The notes: a model not told the origin generated them from the sequence alone. A stretch of DNA of 64,000 nucleotides from Schizochytrium sp. TIO01 (GCA_004764695.1 SMSO01000005.1:1798001-1862000), one strand, 5' to 3'. Positions 11,201-23,156 are shown, counted from the first letter of the stretch. A program made the numbers and translations.

Positions 11201-12623
11201 GAAAGATGCGGATCGCGCCACCGTGACAGTGTGCAAAATCTGGTGTGTCCTCCATGGCTTGCTCCAAAGCATAGATTCTGGTATTCTCCAAGGCATCAAT
11301 AGTTGAATTGTGCTCTTTCCCAGCCTCGTTCTTTAGTTTATATTGCTTTTTGTGATTGGATTTTTTGTACAATGATGCCTGGAATTCTGCCGTACGTAAG
11401 AGATCATCTTCGGCAAGCTCAACTCGCCTCACAAGATCACAACCATCGCAGGCATGATCATACCATTGATGCTCATGTTGCTGTTCAATACTTGCTTTTT
11501 TGTCTGTTGCTGGATACGTGGCATCCCAAAGGCGAATGCGGGGATCTGATGTGTCTCCAGCACTGAGGAGATATTGCCCGTCGCTAGAAATTACGCAAGA
11601 TGTCACACCTCCATGAGTGCCTTTGTATGTATGCAATAGTTCCCCGGTTTCTAATGACCACTTCTTGATGGTTCCATCAGCAGACCATGAGAACAACCAG
11701 TCCCCATGATTGAGTAAGCCATAGACAATATCTGCATGATCCGGTGGTGTGTCTTCGATAGGTGGAAGTTTAGGCAGCTCTGCTTGCCAGTCATCGTCCA
11801 GCTTCTTTTCTGTTCTTGTATTGTCCGAAGACTCTGGTGGGGTTGGAGCACCGATCTGTGCTTTGAATAGCTTTTTCCAATGGTCCCACCCACAACGTAT
11901 ATAACCATCACCGCAGGCATACAAAATTATCCAGCCAAGCTTCTTGTGCAAGCTACCAGTGCGCAATAAACATGATGACAAGACAGGCACCTCGTCAGGC
12001 GCTCGTCCGACAACAAAAATACTTCCTGTACTACGACGGTTACTCTTTAACGAGTAAACAATGAGACGAACAGCTCCATCACCACACGCTGCGAGAACAA
12101 CATCGCGCTTGATAGGTTCAGTTCCTGTCATTACGGGTGGGTCTCCAGCGAGAAGATCAACGGGAACTCCTTTTAGATCTTCCTCATTTAGCCAGATAAA
12201 CTGGCGCACAATAGAACCCACGGTAAATGTTTCAAAGAGTTCGGTACTATCACGCCATTTATACATTGTTGCTGTTCTATGAAATCGAAAGAGTAGCCCA
12301 TCTTCGCGAAGTAATGCAAGCTGCTTTTCTTCTTCTTGTGCGTTATAAGCTCTTTCACGAAGCTCACTTTGTCTTGCTTCCTGAAGAATTTTGCTTGTCC
12401 GGTGTTGGACCTCCAGAGCCATGGAGCGCGCATCCTCACGAGCCATTGAATTTCGCTCATCTTGTTGATTAAGCATGGCCGATCTCTCGAGTGCCCGCTG
12501 CTCCTCGGCACCTGTTCGACCGGCATCTCTTCGCTGCTTTCGAGCAGCTGCTTTTTTCGCCTTCCGCCTGGCACGGCGTGCTTCGCGAGCCTCATAGATC
12601 GAAACCGCAATATCACGTAGCAT
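8211..12623 (-). CDS. Large WD40-repeat plus fibronectin type III protein with N-terminal coiled coil
   Basis: 1470-aa ORF. WD40 motifs: SWSADGTIKKW, SCGSDTFAKVW, TCCADSTITIWD, LRGHEDSVVDL, TSSYDGTIRTW. About five FN3 repeats (e.g. LHPGSTYEYCVAAISKHGQGPWS, LEPGMAYQFSIVAENKLGRG). The 5' end may have a further exon. Confidence 0.9.
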   Translation of the reverse strand: MLRDIAVSIYEAREARRARRKAKKAAARKQRRDAGRTGAEEQRALERSAMLNQQDERNSMAREDARSMALEVQHRTSKILQEARQSELRERAYNAQEEEKQLALLREDGLLFRFHRTATMYKWRDSTELFETFTVGSIVRQFIWLNEEDLKGVPVDLLAGDPPVMTGTEPIKRDVVLAACGDGAVRLIVYSLKSNRRSTGSIFVVGRAPDEVPVLSSCLLRTGSLHKKLGWIILYACGDGYIRCGWDHWKKLFKAQIGAPTPPESSDNTRTEKKLDDDWQAELPKLPPIEDTPPDHADIVYGLLNHGDWLFSWSADGTIKKWSLETGELLHTYKGTHGGVTSCVISSDGQYLLSAGDTSDPRIRLWDATYPATDKKASIEQQHEHQWYDHACDGCDLVRRVELAEDDLLRTAEFQASLYKKSNHKKQYKLKNEAGKEHNSTIDALENTRIYALEQAMEDTPDFAHCHGGAIRIFHEHQPHYLGRDGPPSHGDWINVVTLNEGNSLAASCGSDTFAKVWTFPEGRLLCRFKSKDWVTSCALGVVSDFQDSPIDVLVTCCADSTITIWDIEGQCAFQTLRGHEDSVVDLTFLHGGRFANDKAQNNPEQADVCNYLRTSSYDGTIRTWKLGSGLPFAPPPPLVEETQPTEMTLRWEMPVQNGSSVVAFVIKQRENEIGEFDEVAKVELDLKENLTTFKRRMTALHPGSTYEYCVAAISKHGQGPWSLPSATRRCLAAVPGRIDAPIISGLTTTTMDITWLAPDSMGAHINKFIIRARGGVRARNFEDSEEIVLLWADAKANASRELAAAAARREKLETWLHENRHLGAKETLRVRRKLKEEENLTNQRRVLVEVALSANGSAASRKGITADQLLEMSARVTGLEPGMAYQFSIVAENKLGRGVWSAPSISAVTETCAPDPMVEAPWLQGSALTSLTIAWQAPRDNGCALTAFIIRYALTTIVDEMLDCEDKEESFADKAGLILRKDTAVAEATQKIDELMSHFNTKQVVEFKMAGKLSDQDFHVLRVALVLLMHVMDDDDHNTSACESTNSSPGDKSLEDLSSESPVSQEDRLKAEKRQNAQISMQKSLPQLSEVTSAMRHPEQFLGRVRSFRLATRDAELGQTLRPAFLPLPEHVVAMVEALGKDTSSLQLAISQHLVAWMKAIVDYDVNIYQKEIYPLLSQSTMAWRRRREILGSSLATNKVGGKVTHASIEGLESGESYRFQVCAVNDRGIGDFSPASRPFTVKRGPPGEPINVRASDPSISTLNVSWDPPLKTFGSAVFEYHIFIRSRQLGPFILVDTVNASRQQFVVKKLEPATVYEFAVLAENEIGKGLRSTPCPPIQTLPAQVPNAVDAPKVLGADFRAVRLHWNPPSFDGGYPVVRFHVNAFQNGESKGTCATLAQVAPTGPYFVNVLPGFLPATSEELSKDLLPREEFFMEDDVPYTFCVVAENAVGMSAASDHSSPVSIVRPA

Positions 12624-13243
12624 ATTGCCATCTGACCAATTCCATTTCTATTTACGGGAACAGTTTGTTGTTGTCGTGGGATAGGTGCTCGCCAAACATG
12701 ACCAGAGTTGGTTGTTTTGTGCTTGTCCGTTAATGAGGTAAGGTCATCGATGACCTCATTGACTCCATCCCAAGATATTCATTCTCGTCAGAGATTATGA
12801 AATAGAGTTTTGCAGAGGATAGTATGCAAAATAAATAGGTCAAGATCTCAAAACAACAAAAGAATAAAATATATTTGAAAGCCACGAGTTGCAGGGCCTA
12901 TAAAGCAGTTCCAGTAAGCTATCTGCTATTGATTGATTCTTCATTAATTTTATTTCAAACTTTGTTTTCTAATTAGTTTTAATTTTCAGGTTGATACATT
13001 ATTTTCAATTAAGAAAATGTGTGCTACAATACATGATAATTTCATTGCAATGTGAGATTCTTGGGCACCATCTACCTGAAATTATGACTGAGCAACGGCA
13101 GTCTAAGTTTGTCTAGTCTTTATAATTAGAATAATGATAAATAGTTTTCATGCTGGAAGGCTTTAAAAAAAAATTAAAACCAGTAACCTATCTATATATA
13201 CGCCTTGGAGAGGCCATGATTACAACCAAGGTAATGAGCTTGT

Positions 13244-13316
13244 GCTCGGATAGCTCAGTTGGTAGAGTGACAGTTTAGTAAGCTGTTGGTCCCGAGTTCG
13301 ACTCTCGGTTCGAGCA
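13244..13316 (+). tRNA. tRNA-Thr(AGU)
   Basis: Acceptor stem GCTCGGA/TTCGAGC, D arm TAGCTCAGTTGGTAGAG, anticodon arm ACAGT-TTAGTAA-GCTGT (AGT at 13277-13279), T arm CCGAG-TTCGACT-CTCGG. 73 nt, no encoded CCA. Confidence 0.96.
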
Positions 13317-13326
13317 TTTATTTTTT
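13317..13326 (+). terminator. RNA polymerase III terminator (T run) of the tRNA
   Basis: TTTATTTTTT immediately follows the discriminator base. Confidence 0.75.
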
Positions 13327-13600
13327 ACCTTTTGTGAAATTATATTTTTAAAAATAAATATCGTATTTACAAAGTTATATAAATATAAGGTATTCAAACA
13401 ACTTTGAAATAAAAATGAAATAAAAACAAATCACAAAAATTGTGTTTCTGTTGTATCTCGCAGACGGAACTCTCTTTAATTTTTTTAATTAAAAATAAAT
13501 AAATAAATACTGAAGAGACAATTTTATGTAAAGGAAAGCGTTTTAGTGTGGTGCAAAGAAATGAAAATACGTCAAACAAGATAATGATGAATATGGTAAA

Positions 13601-14767
13601 TTAAAGGCTGGATTTGGCGTTCTCCTTTTCATAGTTGCGGAAGGCATAAGCAGCAAGGTGACCCATGCTTGGGGTGGCCTTGCCGACAGTTTCAGCGATG
13701 GGCGAGGAAGCCTGGCCAGACACAAAGCGTGCAGCAATGCCTTGCAAGATTACAGCGTTCTTCCAATAGTAAAAGGTGACGTAGAACCAGATGCGTTTGA
13801 GTTCCAGAGAGAAATCGAAAGCAGGTTTGCGAGAAGCACAGTAGTGCTTGAGCAGCTCTGCGCGTGAAGGGAGTCCAAGTTCTGCGGCCTCCTTCTCAGA
13901 AATTGCTCGCATGATGGAAAGAATTCCCTTCGCACCATCGTCATCCATGTCCTCAAGACTCGGGGTGTACAGTGGAGCCATGCAGTTGCCAAGATCAGCA
14001 CCGTAGTGACCAATGGTGGAGAGCTCCCAGTCAATGATAGCAATCACACGAGGCTCCGTTGGGTGAAAGATGACATTGTCCATCTTGTAGTCGCCATGGC
14101 AAATAGAGACCTTATCCTCAGGACGATCAGAAATGATCCGTTCACCAAGCTCTTTGAACTTTGGGATCTTGGGCACCTTGACAGGATCGACAGCCTCCTG
14201 GGCTTGCGAGACCTTGCTGAGAGACTTGACCTGGCGTTCGAAATATCCACCAGCCCGGCCGAAATCTTCAAGACCCACAGCGCGGAAATCGACATTGTGG
14301 ATGCGTGCCAAAGACTCAAGGAGAGATCGCCAGCAGGCAGCACGTTCTTCACGAGGCAGTTCTGCCAGCGAGGCGTCTTTGAAAATGCGACCTTCGCAAA
14401 ACTCCATGATGTAGAAGGACTTGCCGATGATGTTATCGTCCATACAGAGATGGTACATCTCGGGAACAGGGACATCGGTGCCGTTGAGAGCCTTCATCAT
14501 CTTGAATTCACGGTCAATACGATGTGCTGTCTTGCTGATAATGTTTCCGGGGGGCTGTTTACGTAGCACGAAAGGGCGCCCTTTGCCATTGTCACAGCGC
14601 AGGAGGTAGGTAGGGTTGCTCTGGCCATGCCCGAATTGCTTCACCATAAGTGGTCCCTTAAACCAGTCCTTGACGCCATCCTGCTTCTCCAAATAAGAGC
14701 AGAGCTTTTCCACGTCCATCACGTGCGCAGCCCGCACTTCAGTGACGTCCTCTGCTGTGCTCGCCAT
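13601..14767 (-). CDS. APH-family phosphotransferase, ACAD10/ACAD11 kinase-domain-like, probably peroxisomal
   Basis: Motifs [45 protein letters not shown]. The C-terminus AKSSL resembles a PTS1 variant. First ATG is at 14767; the ORF track starts at a TTG. Confidence 0.9.
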   Translation of the reverse strand: MASTAEDVTEVRAAHVMDVEKLCSYLEKQDGVKDWFKGPLMVKQFGHGQSNPTYLLRCDNGKGRPFVLRKQPPGNIISKTAHRIDREFKMMKALNGTDVPVPEMYHLCMDDNIIGKSFYIMEFCEGRIFKDASLAELPREERAACWRSLLESLARIHNVDFRAVGLEDFGRAGGYFERQVKSLSKVSQAQEAVDPVKVPKIPKFKELGERIISDRPEDKVSICHGDYKMDNVIFHPTEPRVIAIIDWELSTIGHYGADLGNCMAPLYTPSLEDMDDDGAKGILSIMRAISEKEAAELGLPSRAELLKHYCASRKPAFDFSLELKRIWFYVTFYYWKNAVILQGIAARFVSGQASSPIAETVGKATPSMGHLAAYAFRNYEKENAKSSL

Positions 14768-16165
14768 GATATCCTGACGCAAGCCTAAAAGTCAACTCGT
14801 TCAAGCTGATCTCTTCTAACGCACCTGTCCTGACACCTGTCGAAACAGCTCCAGAAAGTCAGAATATAAGAAATTCGAGGCAGAGGCACCGCAAACAACC
14901 TGGAGTCTCTTGGGTATGTATTCTTCAATCCAAAGTTCAGGTTCTGGCTGTAGCTTTGCTCGTAGTTCCCGTGGTGAATTGTGCTCTTCCTTCCCTACTC
15001 GTAATAATTCGCTACTACTAGGTAATAGGACTCCCTACAGAGTACCAGGTATTTCCTACTCTATTCTAAAGAAATTATAAACGACCCTGAAATAAAAAGT
15101 AGAAAGCCCCAAGCAAGTTGTGTTGTGCCGTGCCAAGCGTGATTCAAACTAGAAGGTATAAGTTAAGCAAACTCCACCACTGCACTGCATCGCACATGCC
15201 ACTCACAACAGGAGCAGAGTATGCATCATAGCTCGCAAAGTTTTCATGCCACGTACAAAATTGCTCATATTAATTACCAAAGCGCTTCGGCCTTTTTCTG
15301 TCTCATTTCATTCTTTCCTTACATACATACATACCCCTACTGGACTCTAACTAACCCTTACCTTCACTTGCTCATCCCGATCTCTCAGTCTGCCTCCTCG
15401 ATTCCGATCCTCGTTGGCTAAGACCACATACCGTTAACAGCATAAGACAGCCTCCTGGGGTCCCGCCATCGCGATGGAGGTGGACTTGGAGAAGGTCGTT
15501 TTGCAGAGAGAGATATGTTGGTTTCAGAAACCGCCTCATGGACATCATGGCAGTCTCCAAGATGGCCTTTTAGCGAGGTACCGAATGGGTATGAATGTAC
15601 TACGTATGTGAGGTCAGTTGATGTCATCTCCATGCTCCATGGGCAGTACAAGCTCCCCGCATGATGATGATGCTGCAGCAGAATAGCAGTAGCTCTGATT
15701 GTGTTTGAGGGGTCATATAATTGGAGCGATGCAAAGCCGGGTTTTAATTGTCGTGCTGCGGTGGCTTGGCAGTCCGAAGAACTGCGTATCTATGCTCTGC
15801 TCGGACTGGGATGACCAGTAGGTAGGCAGGCACACACACGATGAAGACCATGAAGGCTGTCTTTTTGTACGTTCCAAGTTGGCCTTGTTCAAGAGGACCT
15901 ACTATGCATCACGTCTCCGTCGATTCTCTGACCTTGGTTACCAGCTTTGCTGAGGATGCGTCAGCCCAGTCAGCGTGTAGCTTGCACGAGTGCGTCCAGG
16001 GCTTTGTAGAATCTGCGGGGGCAAGAACTCAACACTACAAAAATGCAGAAGCAACTTGGCGATGGAAAGCAAAGTAGATAGACGTTCATACTTAGGAGGG
16101 TGCTAGGCAATAGTGCACAACGCAAAGCTGACTTTTGAGATATAGCGCGGTAGCTTACAAACTGC

Positions 16166-17425
16166 ATGGCGCTGCGTTCTTTGCGTGGGCTTATACGTCG
16201 GACGTTGGGCTTTGGAAGGATGCAGCCTCACGTGGCTGTGCTCGGCGAGTAAGTTTCTATATCACGGCGCTCGACCTCCGAGCGTGCACACAGGCATCAG
16301 TATCCTCGTAGATCTATCTAAACACTCCTCGCGAATAGGCTTGCTCTCTCACCTGCTATCGAATTATCTGCCGAGGCATCTGATAGACGTTCTGCTTAAC
16401 GGCCTGACTAACTGACACCATGTCCCATCCATGTGTGACTCCTCAGCGCCTTTGTGGACATTTTCTTGCCCGTCGGCAGCAAACTCCCATTCTGGGGTGG
16501 AGACGTACTTCTTCAGGGTAATGTTGAGCTTAAACCTGGGGGGTCTGCATCTAATACAGCATCACACCTTGCCAAACTCGCAGAGACCTCTGTTTCGTCT
16601 ACTAGTGACAACAACGCCTCCATTGCGGGCCAGATTTCCGTGAGTCTGCACACTGCTTTGGGGAATGATGAGTGGGCTTTGGTGGTAGAGAAGCACCATG
16701 CTCGAACGGGCGTGCAGCTTGTGGACAAGCGCACCCCTGGTGTGGGGACGGGTGTATGTGTGGTCTTGAGTGGGAAAAGTGACCGTGCGTTTATGACGCA
16801 GAATGGCAGCATGGCAGCACTTACATCGGATATGCTAGATCACACGAAGCTACAACAGGCTCAACACTTGCATATTGGGGGCTTCTTTTCTGTACCAAAA
16901 TTGCAGGAAGGACTGGCCCCGCTTGTTCGCGCACTGAGGGAGACAAATCCAGACTTGACTGTCTCTTTAGATACGAACTTTGATGCCTCTGGAGACTGGG
17001 GCAAAACCTCAAGTCATCTTGGGAAATTACTCGGCGAGGTGGACGTCTTTTTACCGAATGAAACTGAGGCTGCTGCAATCTCAGGGTGTGAGGATATTCA
17101 AGAGGCTGCTGAACTGCTGTGCAAGAGGCTCCGCAAGCCAAATGGCATTGCAATTGTTACCAACGGAGAGCATGGTTGCATTGTTGCCAGACAAGCTGAA
17201 GAAGGAGTTGTGGTGACACGTGTACCTGCTCCAAAGGTTGAGACATTTGTGGATGCTACTGGTGCTGGCGATGCCTTCAATGCAGCGTTCCTACACGCAT
17301 GGGTTCAGGGTGCATCGCCTGAAGATGCCGCCCGCCAAGGCGTGAAAGGTGGATGTGTTGCTGTCGCCCATTCTGGTGCATGTGATACGCTTCTAACTCG
17401 GGAGCTTCTGGACTCTTTGCAATAA
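16166..17425 (+). CDS. PfkB/ribokinase-family carbohydrate kinase, join(16166..16248,16447..17425)
   Basis: Intron GTAAGT...ACTAACTGAC...CCTCAG restores the N-terminal HVAVLGDAFVDIF. Motifs PGGSASNTA, FLPNETEA and DATGAGDAFNAAFL are present. Confidence 0.92.
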
Positions 17426-18398
17426 CACGACTAATTCTCAGAGACATAGCCTGTATATCCATCCACCTTTGGGACTATAATACAGGCAAGCTCTTTCATA
17501 GAGTGTACAGCCTCTCTGCTGCTTGACCAACTTAGCCAACCAAGTGCGACCATTTTCATTTTTTATAGATAGAGATGTATCACACTTGCCCGATAGCGTC
17601 TGTTGCAATAAAGGAAGAAAGAGCGATGAAAAAACCAGAAGGCTCTTAATCAGATCAGATCTTAAGAAAAATGTATTCATGTTGTTTTTGATGTAAAAGT
17701 TTAAAGCAAGGATGATTCTCCAGCATTATCATCTTTTCTCGGCTCATATTACTATGTACTGAGCAAGTAGTGTATGAACAACCATAAATGACATGAATCC
17801 ACATGAACTTTTTTCAGTTCGGTTTTCAGGAGTAATTTCGAACAAATTCAAATTGCGAATAGGTAGATTCTCAAGGATCAAGCACTGTGAATTTAAAGTT
17901 ATGCTGACGTTGTCTACTAAATACAAACTCAGGTCCACGCGACGAGAGGAAGCAGAAAGGACACAAGCAAGATTAAACAAGCAAGTCTCACCTACCTAAG
18001 CAGGAGTCGAAAGGAAATTGCAGGGGTAGTAAACAGGCACTGTAAAATGGATGTATTCACTAAATTGATGATGTATTGGGTTGTCGCAGGCGCAGCGAAG
18101 CTCCCTGAGCTGCCCTGAATCACAGCAGGAAAGGAATGCAACGGCATTTATTTGTGCATAACGTGGGATCCACGCCATACAAGGAGAAGATACCATGCAA
18201 ATCATTAGCGAGTGACATGAAGAAACGAGTGAACGATTTTTGAGTGCATTTCGAGTTAGCTTTCGGCCGGGTACAAACAAGTAAGCGTTCCGTTTTGGCA
18301 AGCGCGGAGGACCAAGCGAGCAGTTAAGCAAACATTTCGAAGCATGGATTGATTACGGGGCGATTGATTGATCGATGGATTTGATTTGATTCATTGAT

Positions 18399-18692
18399 TT
18401 AGTTGCTGCCGTGCTTCCACTCGAGAAGGTCGTGGATCTGCTCCGGGGTGAGCTTGTGGTCGGCGGGGAGGATCTCAAGGAGGGTCTTGAGCTCCTTCTT
18501 GAGGAGGCCCTCAGAGAAGTTCTTCTTGGTCTCCTCCTCGAGGTGGCGGAAGTACTGCTCCTCGATGGCGCGGCCGCGCTTGTTGAAGTCAGTGCCCTCA
18601 GTGGAGAAGAGGCGCGCGTTGTTGGCGACAAGGGCGCGGGGGGCAGGGGCGCGGAGGCCCACGCGGGCGGCAGAGGCGACGACACGCTGCAT
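18399..18692 (-). CDS. Mitochondrial F1-ATPase inhibitor IF1-like protein
   Basis: Arg/Ala-rich presequence ending RLFS, then FNKRGRAIEEQYFR, matching the IF1 F-x-K-R-x-x-A-x-E-x-x-Y-F-R motif. Strong GC3 codon bias. Confidence 0.8.
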   Translation of the reverse strand: MQRVVASAARVGLRAPAPRALVANNARLFSTEGTDFNKRGRAIEEQYFRHLEEETKKNFSEGLLKKELKTLLEILPADHKLTPEQIHDLLEWKHGSN

Positions 18693-18947
18693 GGTGTAGA
18701 GAGAGGAGGCGAAAGAACGACTTGGGATGCGAAGTGAACGCGGACGGAGTAGTTAGCGGTCTGCTCCTCTGTGCTTCTCCTCCTTATTCCTCCTTATCTT
18801 CACTCCTCATATTCTGTGCAGACAGAACAAACACTCACTCAATGAAGATCAATGAAGATCATAACTAACCATAACAAATATCAATCAACAACAGTAAACT
18901 ATCTTTATTCATTCATTCTCATTCATTCATTACTAAATAAATCAATC

Positions 18948-18976
18948 AATTAATTAATTAATTAATTAATTAATTA
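18948..18976. repeat. (AATT)n palindromic microsatellite
   Basis: About seven AATT units, with ATTC/ATCA repeats nearby, upstream of the IF1-like gene. Confidence 0.85.
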
Positions 18977-21476
18977 CTATCATGAATAAATAGATGAACT
19001 TTCTACATCTACTAAGAAGAAATAGAATAGTAAGGAAGAAGTGCCCTCTCTTCTGCTTTCTATCCTTTCTTATACCTGGGCACTAACACCTCCTACAGTC
19101 GTTCATATTCACTCACTCATTCATTTTCATTCACTAGGCCGCTCCTAAGAGTTGGCTATCCACGTATCCACTGCCTTTGCAGCAGACCCAAAGATAGAGA
19201 AGGTCCACTCTACCGCACTGCTAATGGTAAACCGTAGGTGTCAATGTTTGAAAGGATGAAGGCGAAGAGAAGAGAGATTGCACAAGTGGGCTATAGCTGT
19301 CCCATTGTCTACTTTGGGCATCTATAACCCATATTGAGGGAGGCGGGAAAGTGGGTTATACGGGGTGCTATTGGGTGTCCCTGCTCACTTGCTTTTTCGA
19401 AGTTTCTTTCTGCCTTCGGGGCTCTCTGGTTTCTTCTCCTTCTTCTCCTGGTTCTGGGGGGAAGACCAAACTAAACTTGCAGGCGGGGTTTGACAGAGAC
19501 ACGTTCAAAGTGCAGCGAGAGCCGACTATATTTCGGGCGACACGATAGATAAAGTCTGCCTAAAACACGGGTTATCACAGAGTGAGCGCGCTTTTCTCTT
19601 ATTTCTTTCTTTCTTTCTTTCTTTCTGCGCCTCATCGAAGCGTCCTTGTCAGCCGGATAAACTAGATCTCCCGACCACCCCCAACTACCATAAAAACCTG
19701 AAGGGTTCTATGGGTGCGGGGTCGGGGAAACTCAGCCTACGGCTAAGATAGGCCGAGCAGGGCAGGAGAAAGCTAAACTGGGAAGCACTAGTGGTAGCTA
19801 ATGTAAACGGTAGAAGGGGGCCGTCAGGAAAGATCCAGAAAAGGAAGAAAATCATTACTGCTTGCAATAAATTGGGAAGGAAAGTGTTGGTAAGGGTCGC
19901 TTATTGATACAGTAGGGCTTATTGTCGAGGCTGTTGCATATTGAAAACAGTAGAAGAGGGGGAAAGTTGGGGTAAAGCTATATATTGGTAACGCTGCATT
20001 GACATGAATAGGGAACAATAGAGGCGCGAAGAGATGAAATGAATGGAATCCAACGAATCGCAGCATCGAAGAGGAAGCTAGGGGGTACTATAGTAAACGA
20101 TAGAAGGCGCTCGATCGTAATGCTCTTTGCTTTGATTGATTGATAGGAAGCTTTGTGCCTCCTTCCTTACTGCCCTTATCCACCTACTTACTCATTGCAC
20201 TTACTGGTATTCGGACGGGAAGAGAGAAAAGACGAGAGCTACGTCTGGCGAGAGGCCAACGAAAGGCGAAGAAGCCGTGCTGACTGACGAGAAAGGGGTC
20301 CGGCAAGAGCCGGCTGTTCTGCGACCATCGGCCCTGAGAGGAGCTCCTTCCCTCGAGGCTGTTACGAGTACGAGCAAGCTCGCAGTCGGCCGCTAGATCC
20401 TGCTGCCATTCTTGTACATGTAACTGATGGGAGGGGAGGGGAATCGGCCTTAGGGGAGTCCTAGCGCAGCTACAGCACGGCCGCAGAAGACGCCAAGAAC
20501 GAACTGGTGCAGACAGAAGCTTTCGTGGACGTGGACGTGGCGAGGCTCGGGCGGCGCTGAGGACGCTTCTCTGTTCTGGCAGACCCGCCCTCGGGCTTTC
20601 TCAGATCAGGGTGTGGTTTCAAGGGAACGGCTAGGCTCAAACTGGGGCCATGAATGTAATACATGCGAACCCGCTCCACATTAGTGGCGGGTGGGTAGGA
20701 GTTAAATAGTACACACTAGTACTACTGAAATCTAGGATACGGATACGATGAAAATATAATGTTCGTGTTCTAAAGAGGTGCTCATGGTGACGATTTGGGG
20801 TATCATACGGAGTCGCGAGTGCGTTGAAAGAGTGGAGACGACAGTGGACCACAGGTCGTTTTGAAGATATTTCTTTCACGGTACGGTCAAGCTCGTGGAC
20901 AACCGACGAATCGGGAAGGGTTGTTGTTGAAGTTTGAGGAAGGGCGATTGTGAAGCTCTGGTGTTTGATTAGGAGCCAAGAAAGAAAAATCGCTGTCGAA
21001 TTCTTCGTAATTTGTATGCGTTTTATATCGAGGCAATAATGATGCGTGCCTGTTTCCTTGTTTCTTTGGAGTCTAACGCACAAGAGTGAATCTCCTGGGG
21101 CTTGAAAAACGTGAAGTTCTTTATGATGTTTGAATCTGTAAACAAAGACGCTGGAGGCCCAACAAAAGTTAATTGAAATATGCTGAGATCGCATGCATGA
21201 CTGGGAGGGAAAGAACTAGAAGCAAAGACCTTTTTTAATTAAAATTTCAATTTTAAAAATATAAAAAATTAAATTGGGAAGTTTCAGAATTTCAGAATGG
21301 CATTGACGAACGGGGACATGGACTTGATGGCCTAAGTTTTTTGAAGGGGAACACGCAACTCTCAGTGGAGAGCTCATGATAGTTCGTAGGCCTAAAACAG
21401 ATTTCATATAGCATAAAGTGAGTAGGCAAGCCAGCCCGCTAGCCAACAACTCATTAACTCAAATCACAATCATAAA

Positions 21477-22514
21477 TTACGCATCTGGTTTGGCAGGCAG
21501 GTATTTGTTCAAAAGATCACGCATCATTTCTGCCTTGACATTTCCGCCACAAATGACGATTGCAACTGTCTTTCCCGCGTACTCTGGTGCGAGTTTACGA
21601 AAGCCAGCAATACCAAGGCCAGCAGCGCCCTCAATCGCCTTATGATGGTGTACCAACATATCTACTACCGCGGTGCCAATCTCCTCTTCCGAAAGCTCTA
21701 TCCATTGATCCACAAGCTTTTGACACAGCCCAAATGTGATACTGCCCTCCTCAACAGCACCAGCCGTACCTTCGCTAATTGTAATGCCCCCATTTTCCTT
21801 GTAGGTTTCCACGTCTACGAATTCACCCTTCCGCACTGAGTGGGCCATGTGCGCATCATTCACAGGTGAGCATCCAATCACCTTGGTCTCTGGCGAGCGC
21901 GCTTTGATACAAGCCGCAATACCGGCAATAAGCCCACCTCCGCCAACAGGAACGAAGACTGCCGCGGGGGGAGCAGAAATATCCTCAAGAATCTCCCTTG
22001 CCACGGTACCCTGGCCGGCAAGGACCTGAAGATCGTTGTATGGGCTAACGTAGCACTTGCCGCCTTCTCGAGCCTCGCGAAGGGCCTCCAGCTCCGCTTC
22101 GAGGCAGTCCGAACCATGTAGCCGCAGAGGAGCGCCCATTGCCCGCAGAAGATCTACCTTCGCAGAGCTCGCGGTTTCGGGCAAGACAATTTCGAACCCA
22201 AAGTTATCTCCGCCCTCGGTTTCCTGACGTACTACGGTGCAGGCATTAGCCATGGCAAGAGCATGGTTTCCTGTGGAAGCAGTGATGATGCCTTTGGAGC
22301 GTTCAGAGGGCGAAAGAGAAAGGACTTTGTTGAGAGCGCCGCGAGCTTTGAAAGAGTTGGTGACCTGCTCGCTTTCGAGCTTCAAGAATACATTGGAGTC
22401 CGAGGACAGCCAGAAGGCTTGCTGCAGAGGAGTACGATAAAGACGGGAGCTAATCCGGCCTGCAGCAAGTTCAACCTCTGCGGCAGCTTCGGCGGGGGTC
22501 GGAGCAGACGACAT
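21477..22514 (-). CDS. PLP-dependent threonine/serine dehydratase family enzyme (fold type II, no ACT domain)
   Basis: Motifs KLESEQVTNSFKARGA (PLP lysine), ASTGNHA, PYND...GQGT, VPVGGGGLIAG, VICGGN. First ATG is at 22514. Confidence 0.92.
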   Translation of the reverse strand: MSSAPTPAEAAAEVELAAGRISSRLYRTPLQQAFWLSSDSNVFLKLESEQVTNSFKARGALNKVLSLSPSERSKGIITASTGNHALAMANACTVVRQETEGGDNFGFEIVLPETASSAKVDLLRAMGAPLRLHGSDCLEAELEALREAREGGKCYVSPYNDLQVLAGQGTVAREILEDISAPPAAVFVPVGGGGLIAGIAACIKARSPETKVIGCSPVNDAHMAHSVRKGEFVDVETYKENGGITISEGTAGAVEEGSITFGLCQKLVDQWIELSEEEIGTAVVDMLVHHHKAIEGAAGLGIAGFRKLAPEYAGKTVAIVICGGNVKAEMMRDLLNKYLPAKPDA

Positions 22515-23127
22515 GGCAAGGGAAGATTGAAAAGATGCTTTGAGATAGTTCGAGACAATCGACACGAACTGGAAACAAAAAGAGAAACGAACGGGGCAAG
22601 GGGAAGCGAGTAGCAGGACAACGCAAGGGCGCGAGTCTGGAGGAATGTACCAATGCGAAGGTCGCCCGGGCGAAAGTTAAGGTCTAGGTCTACCGCCAGA
22701 ACGAACAAATGAATGTCCACCACGTTCCTTTACCATTTCATCAATCGATCAATCATTTGGTCTTTTGTGATGGTCCAATACTCAGGAACTTCATAGGCTG
22801 GGCGAAGCAGACAGTCGTAGTAGACACAAAGGAAGAGCAAGCATTGAAGAGCAATCGGTGAAGGAAAGAGGTGCGACGGAAGCTACGGAGACCATGTCAA
22901 CAAGGCAGGTACCTACTTAGATCCTTACTCGGTACAAGTCGATGAAGAAATATCGCTCGTCGTCACTCGGTCATTTGTTGCTTGCCTTGGGTCATAGAAC
23001 CGGCACCGGCAAGCATCACGACGAATGTGAGGCAGAGGAGATGGAGGCGTGCGTTAAGTTGGCCGGCAGAGTGGCCGCTCATGAAGGAGGTCGGGCTGGT
23101 TCGTGAGGCTGAAACAAGAGAAGAGGA

Positions 23128-23156
23128 GCAAGTGCAAGTGCAAGTGCAAGTGCAAG
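23128..23156 (+). repeat. (GCAAGT)n hexanucleotide repeat
   Basis: Four full units plus one partial unit. Confidence 0.85.

Noticed and set aside
18353-18737. Several overlapping ORFs on both strands at the IF1-like gene
   Set aside because: Shadow ORFs caused by high GC3 codon bias.
20637-21194. 185-aa minus-strand ORF
   Set aside because: No motifs and non-protein-like composition; it lies downstream of the dehydratase gene.
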